Shown here in pieces: positions 51,182-60,978 of a stretch of DNA of 64,000 nucleotides. Location: NCBI GenBank assembly GCA_944392125.1, contig CALXVP010000001.1:289020-353019 (forward strand). Reading direction: 5' to 3'. The notes below the pieces were generated by a model. The model had not been told where the DNA came from and did no database searches. It worked only from the letters and a program-made list of their open reading frames with translations. Both the position numbers and the translations under genes were made by a program. How positions within the stretch are numbered: position 1 is the stretch's first letter; the number at the start of each line of letters is the position of its first letter. This DNA is from an uncultured Alphaproteobacteria bacterium (lineage in GTDB: Bacteria; Pseudomonadota; Alphaproteobacteria; CAAHEQ01; UBA3637).

Positions 51182-51951
51182 AATCAACTAAAATCGTTTA
51201 CATTTTTATTTTGATTTTAATTGCGGTATTCGGGCTTTTTGTGATGTATCAGCGATTAGCGGCGCAATCGGCTTTAAATGTGTTTTTAAAAGAGGCGAGA
51301 TTAAAAGAACCCGATATTGTTTATTCTTCCAAAGAAAAACCATTTTTAAACAGCGGATTAATTTTATATGATGTGGTTTTACCGCAATTTAAAATCGCGC
51401 AAAAAACAGATAAATTGATTATTCGCAAAAACGAAGACGATATTATTTTGCAATTTCAAGGGATGCGAATCAATGTGCCGGAAACATTGCGCAATCATTA
51501 CGGCGCAAACATCGTGCAAGCGGTTCAAGGCTATCAACCTTTTACGGATGCCCTGCGCAAACCTTTTATTTCGCTTGGGTTAATGGGATTAGATACGATA
51601 ACGGCCGATATTGTTTTAATTTTCAACCCGCAAGAAAGAAATAAGTTAATAGATGGGAAAATATCGCTCAGAGAATTAGGGGATATTCAGATTTCATTTT
51701 TAATTCAACCGCAAACGGATGAAGGGTATCGGAAAAACTTAATCTATTCGGGATATGGATATATTCCGCAAATCAGTGTTGATATTCAAGATACGGGCTT
51801 ATTCAAACGCTATGCGCGGTATTTGCGCTCGCTCGGCACGGATGAATCCATGGCGTATGCGAAAGAATTGATGAAACACACGGGATTTACGCGCCGTTTT
51901 CAATTTTCACAGCCGATAACATTAGCGCCTTATTACCACACACAAAGATAG
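51178..51951 (+). CDS. Membrane-anchored hypothetical protein
   Basis: N-terminal TM IVYIFILILIAVFGLFVMY. ATGA overlap with the upstream gene. Confidence 0.45.
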   Translation: MKSTKIVYIFILILIAVFGLFVMYQRLAAQSALNVFLKEARLKEPDIVYSSKEKPFLNSGLILYDVVLPQFKIAQKTDKLIIRKNEDDIILQFQGMRINVPETLRNHYGANIVQAVQGYQPFTDALRKPFISLGLMGLDTITADIVLIFNPQERNKLIDGKISLRELGDIQISFLIQPQTDEGYRKNLIYSGYGYIPQISVDIQDTGLFKRYARYLRSLGTDESMAYAKELMKHTGFTRRFQFSQPITLAPYYHTQR

Positions 51952-51962
51952 GGAGGTTTTTT

Positions 51963-53687
51963 ATGCACTTAATAGATTTGTTTAATGAACTGGGGCTTAA
52001 AACATATTCTCACAGGGCGGAAGATGCCAACTATCTGCGCTTTTGGAAAAAATTGCATAGACAGATGGGTGAGGAGAACGAAAAATCGGCCTATGGCTCG
52101 TATATCGTGCAAATCCTTACGAAGCATATTTCGCAACAGGCGAAATCCGAGAAAACAAATTCCGCACCGATTGAAATGAAGTTTCAGCCAAAGAGTGTTT
52201 TTTCGTTGACAAATGCCGACGAGTTTCCGCCTCTTCCGCTAACGAATGCCGTGTTGATACATTTAAGTGATTCTTACTATCAATTCTTAAGACATGCTCA
52301 TTTTTCCACCCTTCCCAGTATTGCACAAGAAGATTCATTCTATCATAAGATGTTAACGAACACGGGGAAAGTGGAGGCCTCAACCGGTGACGATGATAAC
52401 CCTTGGCTATGGAGAACATCGGAATCTTATCAGCAAAACAGAATGAGCAAATTAGCAACCTCTTTTCGGATAACGGCAAATGTTAATTGCACGCCTGAAT
52501 GGGTAGACGCGATGGATGCGTTTGCCGAAAAATACGGGGCGAAATATAAATCTCCGGTAGATTGCCATACAACAAATCGCATAGATACGTTGAATGTGTA
52601 TTTTGCAACACCTGAGAAGAAACCGACGCCTGAAATGATCAATGATTTTGTTCGGATAATGAATCCCTACATTCGCAAAGAAAATAATGAACGGCTCATC
52701 GGCGGAAAAATTGCGGAAGGGATACACTGGTCACCCGAACATATTTCAACTGCCGAAAAAAAGCGGTTTGATGCGGAAGTAAATAAACAATTTATTCCTC
52801 TGGACACATCAACCGGATTTCCAAGAGCGCGCGAATCAAGTAGGTTGCATTTTTTTGGTAAATGTACGGATCCTCAACGCAGTGCCGCGCAAATTGAGGT
52901 GATGTATCAAATCAAGGAGTTGTTGGAAGGCGTGGTGTTAGAGCAACCGATAAGCCCCCGCGGAAAAGAAATGGTTGCACCGCCTATTCCGGCCGTGCGT
53001 GGCTTAACATTGCCCAAAACACCGAAACCTGCGGGACTGGCGGGCATAGGGGTAAAAGCCGGCGGAAAAACACCTGTTATGTCGCCGAAAACGGCCTATC
53101 AAGCAATGATGGACGCTCTTTACACACCGAATAAAACACCTGCGGAATTGGAACGTATGAGCAGTTGGCTGAACTTCGGCAGTGAAATTAACACACAAGG
53201 CTTTAAAACCAAAACAGCGCGTAGTACAGGAGAAACGGGAGCGCGATTACTTGAAGCCGCCGTTGAACACGGGCACGTGGGCGTTGTTGCCAATTTGATG
53301 AAACAAGGGGCGAACCCCACACTATTGACGGGAAGTTTCGGCAATACTCAGGCAGGGGAAACTATTTTTCATCTGGTGGCAGACAATATATACGATTCAG
53401 CCGTGATGAATCAAATGGTAAAGCAATTACTCACGTATTCCGATAAAAAAGCCGTTCAAGCTTTGCTCAATCGGCCCAATGCAAGCGGGATTACACCTGT
53501 CACGTATGCCATTTTGTTTAATCCGCGGAATGCCGAGGTGTTTATGCGGTATGGCGGAAAATATCAAAGTAATGCCGAATTATCGGCCTATTTCAAGAAA
53601 TTTCCCGAACAGAAAAAACAATACGATTCCTATATGAGAAAACATTGCATTGCTTCATCATTCAAGTCCACAAAATCATACGCATGA
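51963..53687 (+). CDS. Hypothetical protein with C-terminal ankyrin-like repeats
   Basis: Ankyrin-like repeats LLEAAVEHGHVGVVANLMKQGANP and TPVTYAILFNPRNAEVFMRYGG. Confidence 0.4.
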   Translation: MHLIDLFNELGLKTYSHRAEDANYLRFWKKLHRQMGEENEKSAYGSYIVQILTKHISQQAKSEKTNSAPIEMKFQPKSVFSLTNADEFPPLPLTNAVLIHLSDSYYQFLRHAHFSTLPSIAQEDSFYHKMLTNTGKVEASTGDDDNPWLWRTSESYQQNRMSKLATSFRITANVNCTPEWVDAMDAFAEKYGAKYKSPVDCHTTNRIDTLNVYFATPEKKPTPEMINDFVRIMNPYIRKENNERLIGGKIAEGIHWSPEHISTAEKKRFDAEVNKQFIPLDTSTGFPRARESSRLHFFGKCTDPQRSAAQIEVMYQIKELLEGVVLEQPISPRGKEMVAPPIPAVRGLTLPKTPKPAGLAGIGVKAGGKTPVMSPKTAYQAMMDALYTPNKTPAELERMSSWLNFGSEINTQGFKTKTARSTGETGARLLEAAVEHGHVGVVANLMKQGANPTLLTGSFGNTQAGETIFHLVADNIYDSAVMNQMVKQLLTYSDKKAVQALLNRPNASGITPVTYAILFNPRNAEVFMRYGGKYQSNAELSAYFKKFPEQKKQYDSYMRKHCIASSFKSTKSYA

Positions 53688-53992
53688 GGGAATAGCTTTT
53701 GCTCCCTTTGAGTAAATAAAACAAATCGTTTCGGGCAACCTGAAAATGCGTAAGCCATATTGTGCAGAAAATAAACAATGCGCAACATACAAGGTGCAAA
53801 CGATTAAACGATGCGCAAACCTTATTCTGCGGAGAAATAAACAGCACGCCAACTAAAAAATGTTGCTTGAAAATGAGCCAATGTAAGCAAAAGCGTATCT
53901 CTATCCGAGGTGGGGTTTGATTGAGGTTTGCTCGGGGCTTTCTCGGGCTTGTTTGAGACTGGTTTGTGGGATTTTAGCTTGCAGAAAAAACG

Positions 53993-54457
53993 CTAACTTT
54001 GCGGGAAAAAGCGGGCCAAATCGGGGCATGTATTATCCACACTTAACATAACCGTAATTGTTTTGCATATTTCCAACTGCTCTTGCGGGAACGACATTAG
54101 GATACTTACCCCATTTTCACAAATACCGCCAACACACTCTTTTCCGCCAGTATATGCCGTATTTAAGGCAATCCCGACGCCGTTAATTGAATCCATATTC
54201 GCAATACTTACGCCGGAATTTGCCAACGTTGCGGGGGTAAACCCGATAACCGAGCCACCGTGTTTGGCTTTATAGGATTGAAATTGCATATAAACGGTTG
54301 AAGCATATTTTGAGGCGGTATCTAAAACCAAATCGGCCCGATAGCGACGCATGGCCAGCATATAGCCCAGCGTTCCGCCGATGGATAAAACAGCAATAAT
54401 CGCCAGCACGGCTAGCATTTCCACCATTGAGCGACCCGATTCGTTCGTTTTTTGCAT
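53993..54457 (-). CDS. Type IV pilin-like protein (paralog 1)
   Basis: Prepilin leader MQKTNESG|RSMVEML with Glu at +5, a hydrophobic helix, and C-terminal Cys residues. Confidence 0.65.
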   Translation of the reverse strand: MQKTNESGRSMVEMLAVLAIIAVLSIGGTLGYMLAMRRYRADLVLDTASKYASTVYMQFQSYKAKHGGSVIGFTPATLANSGVSIANMDSINGVGIALNTAYTGGKECVGGICENGVSILMSFPQEQLEICKTITVMLSVDNTCPDLARFFPQS

Positions 54458-54715
54458 TTTGATTCCTTTTATCTAACCCCGACCCACACCCGAATCAGCC
54501 TATTAAAGGCTGGCGATTCAAACTGATGATATCGGTAATAATTCATTATACCGTTTTCAAATTAAAAGTTCAAGTTTTTTCATATCGTATTGATAACTTT
54601 TTTAATTTATCCAAAAATCACGCGCTAAAAAGAAGAGATGAATCATCATAGCGGGAGGAATAAGGGAGACGTAGATGTAAGGGTGAGCAAAAAGAGAAAA
54701 TAAGAGGCATAAAAA

Positions 54716-54752
54716 AGTGAGGCGTTCAAAGCGAACGCCCCGTTGTTCAGAA
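54716..54752 (-). terminator. Rho-independent terminator downstream of pilin paralog 2
   Basis: GGCGTTC-aaagc-GAACGCC stem followed by a T-run on the minus strand. Confidence 0.55.
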
Positions 54753-54784
54753 TGTTTAAAAACGAAATTCTTGTGTTTCGCTGA

Positions 54785-55306
54785 TTAGCTGTTGCGTGAA
54801 CAGAATGTGACTTGACTACTTGAACAAGTTGAACCCAGTGTTGAAGCTGCTGCTTTGCACACAGCATCATCATCAAAATCCAACGTTAAATTTACACCCA
54901 CTGCAGTCGTGCTATTATCAGCTGCGTCTGATCCTAGCTTATTGGCAGCGCTACAAACAGTATCATCATAGTAACCTTCCAGTGTAATCTCTGTTCCATT
55001 GACTTTACACGAGGTTGTTTGGGTGCCGCCTGATCCTGTTGTTGTAGTTGTAGCAACTAAGCCCGTATCACAAAAACCTGGTGCTGTAAAAGAAGTTACC
55101 ACACCATTATGCATAGCTCTATTCGTTTCACGCGCTGAGAAAGCAATAACAGCGTATTTATTTGCCATATCAATTACTTCATTGGCACGATAGCGGTTCA
55201 TTGCCATTGTGTAACCGGCAATACCACCGACCGATAAAACACCGATAATAGCTAAAACGCCAAGCATTTCAACCATTGAACGGCCTGATTCATTTGTTCT
55301 TTTCAT
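54785..55306 (-). CDS. Type IV pilin-like protein (paralog 2)
   Basis: Leader MKRTNESG|RSMVEMLGVLAIIGVL. Strong RBS aaggagag. C-terminal Cys pair. Confidence 0.7.
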   Translation of the reverse strand: MKRTNESGRSMVEMLGVLAIIGVLSVGGIAGYTMAMNRYRANEVIDMANKYAVIAFSARETNRAMHNGVVTSFTAPGFCDTGLVATTTTTGSGGTQTTSCKVNGTEITLEGYYDDTVCSAANKLGSDAADNSTTAVGVNLTLDFDDDAVCKAAASTLGSTCSSSQVTFCSRNS

Positions 55307-55765
55307 GTTTCTCTCCTTTTCTTTTTCGTTTCCCGAAAGTCCCGTCTTCCCATTCCCCGAATGAGTCAACTCCCGTTTTGATGTTTATTTTGCATCGTTA
55401 TTCTTTCGGATGAAGTGCCTCTTTCATCACCTCATACTTATTATTTTATTAAATTATTTTTAAGTTTTCAACTATTTTTTTATAAAAAATATAATTTTTA
55501 TTTAAATTTTTGGGAAATGGTAGATTTTTTGGGCATTTATGTTTTTTTTGCAGAAGCATGAAGCCATCATCAGCCATTCGGTTGACCCATTCAAAAGTAA
55601 GCGTATCTTATACCGCCTTTTCAGCCAAATCAAGTTTAAATACGTTGCGCACTTTGCTTGGCGCAAAGACCGCGCTTGCTTTTTACTCCCACTTTTCTCG
55701 GGAGAGAGCAGTTATCGTTTGTTTTTTTAGCGTAAAAATATCGCGTGCTTTGCGCTTTTTATATC

Positions 55766-55940
55766 CTGCGCGAATGGGGCGAAATTGCAATGGCTTTTTT
55801 ATATTCGTGCGAACAGGGCGAAAATGCGACGGCTTTTAGCGTTCCAATCGAACAGCGTTAAAATGCCCCGTTATTCGCTGTTCTTCCCGTCAACGGCGCG
55901 AAATATACCCGTTTATTCGCTATTTTCCAAACGAACGGCA
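55766..55940. repeat. Array of ~40-bp degenerate direct repeats (about 5 units)
   Basis: Recurrent cgaa..gggcgaaa.tgc.a.ggctttt and c.aac.gcg..aaat...ccc.tt.attcgct units. Confidence 0.55.
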
Positions 55941-55941
55941 A

Positions 55942-56050
55942 ACATCTCTCAGGAGGGGGGCAAGGCTCCCCTCAGGCGAGTGGCGCAAAAACATCTCTCA
56001 GTCGGGGGCAAGGCTCCCCTCAGGTGAGTGGCACAAAGACATCTCTCGGA
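55942..56050. repeat. Tandem ~48-bp direct repeat (2.2 copies)
   Basis: Unit ACATCTCTCAG(G/T)(A/C)GGGGGCAAGGCTCCCCTCAGG(C/T)GAGTGGC(G/A)CAAA(A/G). The unit contains a GAGGGG/CCCCTC hairpin. Confidence 0.8.
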
Positions 56051-56083
56051 TTGAGCAAAGGCATCTCCGCCCCACATCATACA

Positions 56084-56118
56084 AAAAGAGGCGCTCGAAA
56101 TGAACGCCCCTCTCAGAA
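56084..56118 (-). terminator. Rho-independent terminator downstream of pilin paralog 3
   Basis: GC-rich hairpin (GAGGGGCG...CGCCTCT) followed by a T-run on the minus strand. Confidence 0.45.
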
Positions 56119-56150
56119 TTTTCAAAAACGAAATTCTTATGTTCAGCAAA

Positions 56151-56621
56151 TCAGCTACTGCGTGAACAGAAGTTAACAGTAGAACAAGTCCCTGACACAG
56201 ATTGACCCAATGTTGAAGCTGCAGCTTTGCAAACATTTTCATTTGAGAATGTAATAGGAATTTTAACGCTCAATGCAGACTGATTGTCAGTAGCTTGGGT
56301 TGCTCCACACGTTGTATCCGTGTGATACGTAAGGGCACCAAAAGTTGCACCATTGATTGTGCTACTTGTGAACAAACCTGACGTTGTCAACGTCGGCGCT
56401 TGATAACCTGTTGTGCTACCATTGTGCATTGCCATATATGTTTCACGTGCCGAGAAAGCAACAACGGCCAATTTGTTTGCCATATCAATAATTTCGTTTG
56501 AACGATAACGGTTCATTGCCATTGTGTAACCGGCAATACCACCGACCGACAAAACACCGATAATAGCCAAAACGCCGAGCATTTCAACCATTGAACGGCC
56601 TGATTCATTTGTTCTTTTCAT
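56151..56621 (-). CDS. Type IV pilin-like protein (paralog 3)
   Basis: First 40 aa identical to paralog 2, with a variable C-terminus and Cys pair. RBS aaggagag. Confidence 0.7.
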   Translation of the reverse strand: MKRTNESGRSMVEMLGVLAIIGVLSVGGIAGYTMAMNRYRSNEIIDMANKLAVVAFSARETYMAMHNGSTTGYQAPTLTTSGLFTSSTINGATFGALTYHTDTTCGATQATDNQSALSVKIPITFSNENVCKAAASTLGQSVSGTCSTVNFCSRSS

Positions 56622-57059
56622 GTTTCTCTCCTTTTGTTTTATATTTACCGAAAGCCCCGTCTTCCCATTCCCCGAATGAGTTAACTCACGTTTTGATACT
56701 TATCTCGTATCGTTAATCTCTCGGATGAAGCGCTTATTCCATCACCTCATACTTTTCATTTTATCCGAGGTTCCCATTCTTTGCAATCTTTTTTTCCAAA
56801 AAAACCGCATTTTTTTGCTTTTTTTTGCGAAAATTAATTTTAAAACTATTTGATTTTAAATTATAATTTAATTTTGTCTTTTTTTGTTTAATTTATTTTT
56901 AAATTCTCAAATCACATTTAAAAAAACTATCAAAACGATTCTTTCTTTTTTCGCCGTCGGCTATCTTAAACAACACTCGTCAGGCTCAAAAAAATACCGA
57001 AAGCCAATCATCGATTCGTCGGCTTTCGGTATTTTACTGTTGCGTTTATTACTTAAATG

Positions 57060-57260
57060 CTATTTTTGCTCTTTTTCCAATTCTTCAATTTCTTGCTTAA
57101 TAGCTAATTTTTGCTTTTTATACTCCTGTATCTTTAACGAATCCGGCATCGGACGCGCATTTTCTTCATCAATTTTAACATCCAATTCTGCATGTTTGGC
57201 TTTTAATGAGGCTAAGTGTTTTTCAATTTTTTCCATGTCTTTCTCCTTATGTTGACTCAT
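57060..57260 (-). CDS. DUF465 (YdcH-like) small protein
   Basis: 66 aa coiled-coil protein. Pattern LKxKHAELDxKIDEE. Confidence 0.5.
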   Translation of the reverse strand: MSQHKEKDMEKIEKHLASLKAKHAELDVKIDEENARPMPDSLKIQEYKKQKLAIKQEIEELEKEQK

Positions 57261-57313
57261 TTAATATAATCGTATTATTTTTAAATTGCAAGGTCTCTTT
57301 TATTTTCTTTTCC

Positions 57314-58405
57314 TTATTCGCCCACATAAATGCCCAGTTGGCGCGCCGTATACACCAATTTCCCTTTCGGATCAACCGGCGTATTCGCAATTTTTAAAAT
57401 CGTATTCAAGGCTTCATCTTTCACTTCGCCGTCTTTATGAATCACCACGCGATTCGTTTCGCCTTTCTCAATTAAATCAACCGCTCGCACCGCAAATTCA
57501 GAGGCTAAAATCCGATCATCCGATACCGGATTGCCTGCCCGTTGCACGTGGCCCAATACCGTGGCGCGCACGTTGTAGCCGTCTTTTTGCAACTTCTCGG
57601 CAAAAATAGCCGATACACCGCCGAATGTTTTGCCGTTTGTGGCAAAATGGTGTTTACCCTCGGGCGATTTAATTCCTTCCGAAATCACAATCAAGCCGTA
57701 TTTCTTTCCTTGCGCTTTTATCTCTTGCAGTTTCTTGACAACCCCCTCATACGTGTAATCAATCTCGGGGATTAAAATCACATCCGCATATCCCGCAATA
57801 CCTGCCGATAATGCCAAATGCCCCGCGCCTCTGCCCATGACTTCCGCAATCATTACCCGATTGTGCGACGTGGCGGTTGTGGTTAATTTATCCAGCGAAT
57901 CCATCACAACATTAACCGCCGTTTCAAATCCGATGGCAATATCCGTGCCCGGTGCATCGTTATCAATCGTTTTCGGAATACCAATCATGGAAATGCCTGC
58001 CCGCTTGCAGAATTTGCTGATGATTGCCATTGAGCCATCTCCGCCCACAACAACCAATGCACTGATTCCCAATTCCTTAATGCCGGATTGAAAACGCTCA
58101 TCCAATTCTTCATCCGTTAAATTTTCCGTTGTGCCGTCGGCCTTTTCTTGAATATGCGGATTGCCGGAATTATTCGTGCCGAGCATTGTGCCTCCCAGTG
58201 ACGCATACGGATAATCAAATTCCGAAATCGTGAGCTTTTTGTATTTCATCGGACGCGAAAATAATCCGTCTGTTGAATTATAAATGCCGATCACTTCCCA
58301 GCCTTTTGCAATCGCCGCAAACACAACTCCGCGAATCGCCGCGTTTAAGCCCGAGCAATCTCCGCCACTCGTTAAAATACCGATTTTTTTTGTTTCTGTT
58401 GTCAT
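57314..58405 (-). CDS. pfkA: ATP-dependent 6-phosphofructokinase
   Basis: Motifs GILTSGGDCSGLNAAIR, GGDGS and LGHVQRAG. RBS ggagag precedes the ATG at 58405. Confidence 0.85.
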   Translation of the reverse strand: MTTETKKIGILTSGGDCSGLNAAIRGVVFAAIAKGWEVIGIYNSTDGLFSRPMKYKKLTISEFDYPYASLGGTMLGTNNSGNPHIQEKADGTTENLTDEELDERFQSGIKELGISALVVVGGDGSMAIISKFCKRAGISMIGIPKTIDNDAPGTDIAIGFETAVNVVMDSLDKLTTTATSHNRVMIAEVMGRGAGHLALSAGIAGYADVILIPEIDYTYEGVVKKLQEIKAQGKKYGLIVISEGIKSPEGKHHFATNGKTFGGVSAIFAEKLQKDGYNVRATVLGHVQRAGNPVSDDRILASEFAVRAVDLIEKGETNRVVIHKDGEVKDEALNTILKIANTPVDPKGKLVYTARQLGIYVGE

Positions 58406-58451
58406 TCTTCTCTCCATTACAAACACATATTTTTAAACAATTACTTTTAAA

Positions 58452-59186
58452 CTATAATGTGAAATTTTTACCCAAATACGTTCTGCGCACATTCTCATCC
58501 GAAATAATTTCTTCCGGCGTGCCTTGTTTTAGCACCACCCCATCGTGCAGAATATAGGCTCTATCTATAATACTCAACGTTTCACGCACATTATGATCCG
58601 TAATCAATACGCCGAGTCCTCGGTTTTTAAGCTGTCCGACCAGCTCCTTAATCTCGCCGACGGCAATCGGATCAATCCCCGCCAACGGCTCATCCAGTAA
58701 AATAAACGACGGTCTTGACGCCAACGCCCGCGCAATTTCCAACCGCCGACGCTCCCCGCCCGATAACGCGCGCGAAGGCGAAAATCTTAAATGCTCAATC
58801 GCAAATTCTTTCAACAGCGAATCTAATTCCTGCTCGCGCTTTTCTTCATTCTTTTCCACAACTTCCAAAACCGCGCGGATATTATCTTCCACATTTAACC
58901 CGCGAAAAATTGACGCTTCTTGCGGTAAATACCCGATTCCGAGACGCGCCCGCCGATAAACGGGAAATCCCGTAATATCTATTCCGTTCAACGTAATCTT
59001 CCCCGTATCGGGCGAAATAAGACCCGTAACGCAATAAAACGAGGTTGTCTTCCCGGCTCCGTTCGGCCCTAATAAGCCGACCGCTTCCCCTTGTTGCACG
59101 GATAGCGACACATCTTTTAATACCGTGCGCTTCTTATAGCTTTTACTTAAATTGGATACAACCAAACCGCGTTGGGGTATAATCAT
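58452..59186 (-). CDS. lptB: LPS export ABC transporter ATP-binding protein
   Basis: Walker A GPNGAGKTT, signature LSGGERRRLEIARAL and Walker B ILLDEP. Lies in kdsD-lptC/A-lptB synteny. Confidence 0.85.
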   Translation of the reverse strand: MIIPQRGLVVSNLSKSYKKRTVLKDVSLSVQQGEAVGLLGPNGAGKTTSFYCVTGLISPDTGKITLNGIDITGFPVYRRARLGIGYLPQEASIFRGLNVEDNIRAVLEVVEKNEEKREQELDSLLKEFAIEHLRFSPSRALSGGERRRLEIARALASRPSFILLDEPLAGIDPIAVGEIKELVGQLKNRGLGVLITDHNVRETLSIIDRAYILHDGVVLKQGTPEEIISDENVRRTYLGKNFTL

Positions 59187-59196
59187 AGAACCTCAC

Positions 59197-60906
59197 TTAT
59201 TCTTTTTTCGTCTCAAAATCATTCGGGATAATCTGCCCTTTCACGCGCCCTGCCTTTTTCCCCGTTTTGGATGCATGAAGCGAACTGATACCCGTTTTCA
59301 AATTCAAAGTTGCGTATTCCCCTTGTAATACACTTTCTTTCTCATGTAAAGAAACTTTTTCATATACGCTGACAATTTTCGTTTTCGGCGTATAGACACC
59401 GTTGACGCCATACACCCGTTGAGCGCCGTTTGTGGCCGATGTGTTGCCCAATGTAACGGCTTTTATCATTTCCGTTCCCGCCTTATTATACAACGCATAT
59501 ATTTTATCGGCCTTAACTGTGTTTGCGCCCTCTTTAATAACGGCTTTCCCCGTTAAAACAATGACTTGCCCCGGCGTTTCGCTGACTTGAAATTCTTTAT
59601 CGCTCGGCAAGGATTTCAAGATATTCTCAATTTCCGCCCCGTCCCGATAAATCACAATTTCGTTGCCCGTTGCCGTCTGCCCGCCACTGACGGCCGATGC
59701 TTTCCCGAGCGCAATCGCTTTGATAAGACTCGAACTGTCCGATGTGGCCGATTTTTCCGAAGCGGACGATATTGCCGATAACGCTGATTTGTTTGGTGCC
59801 GTTGCCTCGCCGAGTTCGTTCGCATAAACGGCAATTAACTTCTGCGCTTTAATCGTATTCTTTTTTTCTTTGACCGTTGCATTATTTTCCGAACTTTTCA
59901 ACGTAATCACTTGCGATAAATTTTGCGCCGTTTGAGCAGGCACCGATGCCATCGGCACCGCCTGCAACACTTGCGCCATTTCGGCCGGCGCACGATAAAC
60001 CGTCATCACGTCACCCGTTGCCGTCTGCGCCGATGTTGTGGCAATCACGTTTCCCTCTGCCGATACCTTGCGAACAGATGTTTTCCCCTGCCCGTCGCGC
60101 ACATAATGCAACACAAGGTTATCCGATTCCAAATGGCCGTCATTTTGATAAACGTCCACATTTTTTTGCGCCGTAATCGTTTGCTCTGTCTGATTGATAA
60201 TCAAGCCGTTTTCAGAGGTGATATACACATTGCCCTTATCTTCTTTCAAATACGATTTTTGCTTTTCAAAATCCAATGCGCCAACGGCTTCTTTCGGTTT
60301 TTCGGATTGAAATAAAAGGGTTGACGTGTATCCCTTAAAGAAAAGATAATTCCCGTGTTCCTTAATATAGAACCCGTTTGCCTGCAACATACCTGCCGGC
60401 CCCTTGATGAAGACATCTTGCTCGCTCGCCAACGTGCCCGCATTATAATCGCATACGATTTTTTCCGAAATCGCTTGATACCCCGTATCCGTTGCGCCGT
60501 CAACCCGGTCTTCAAAATATAAGTATTTATCGTTTTGGAAAATCAGGCCGTAAGACGTTTCACCCGTTAAAATTACGCCGTCCGACATAATATATTTTGC
60601 CGTCGGCCGTGTTAACGCAATAATCTTGCGCGTTTTATCCAGTTCGCGCACGGTTTGCGATGTAATCGTCAACGGATTTTCTTCACTGTCCTTTGAAAAA
60701 TAGCGCACGGCCGTCATATCGGAATTACCCGTTTGAACATCGGTCGCCTCTTTCGTTGCCAACGTAAATTTATCTTTCTGTTCATTAAAAGCCGGCCATG
60801 CAATCATCACGCTTGCCAATAAAAATGCAAACGCCGGCAGAGCGCGTTTAAATACCACTACCCGCCTTGAATGAATTTTTAATTTCAGCAATCGCAATGT
60901 AAACAT
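59197..60906 (-). CDS. LptC/LptA-like (OstA-fold) periplasmic protein, fused/multi-module
   Basis: N-terminal TM anchor, then repeated OstA-like beta-jellyroll segments. Sits between kdsD and lptB. Confidence 0.5.
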   Translation of the reverse strand: MFTLRLLKLKIHSRRVVVFKRALPAFAFLLASVMIAWPAFNEQKDKFTLATKEATDVQTGNSDMTAVRYFSKDSEENPLTITSQTVRELDKTRKIIALTRPTAKYIMSDGVILTGETSYGLIFQNDKYLYFEDRVDGATDTGYQAISEKIVCDYNAGTLASEQDVFIKGPAGMLQANGFYIKEHGNYLFFKGYTSTLLFQSEKPKEAVGALDFEKQKSYLKEDKGNVYITSENGLIINQTEQTITAQKNVDVYQNDGHLESDNLVLHYVRDGQGKTSVRKVSAEGNVIATTSAQTATGDVMTVYRAPAEMAQVLQAVPMASVPAQTAQNLSQVITLKSSENNATVKEKKNTIKAQKLIAVYANELGEATAPNKSALSAISSASEKSATSDSSSLIKAIALGKASAVSGGQTATGNEIVIYRDGAEIENILKSLPSDKEFQVSETPGQVIVLTGKAVIKEGANTVKADKIYALYNKAGTEMIKAVTLGNTSATNGAQRVYGVNGVYTPKTKIVSVYEKVSLHEKESVLQGEYATLNLKTGISSLHASKTGKKAGRVKGQIIPNDFETKKE

Positions 60907-60978
60907 TTTTTTCGTTTCCTTTTTTGATGACTCTTTTGTTTGAACGGCTTACAAAAATCCGCCGACTTCCTTCTCCTT

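Noticed and set aside
55740-56050. CRISPR array
   Set aside because: The repeats are degenerate, of unequal length, and lack uniform spacers. There are no cas genes in the window.
55510-56242. ORFs 55510-55839, 55785-56027 and 55949-56242 as genes
   Set aside because: They lie over the intergenic repeat arrays and the 3' end of a pilin gene. Their composition is repeat-driven, and they have no RBS or homology.
57314-58426. PPi-dependent phosphofructokinase
   Set aside because: The protein has the GGDGS and MGR-type ATP-PFK signatures and is about 360 aa, like bacterial PfkA, so I called it ATP-dependent.
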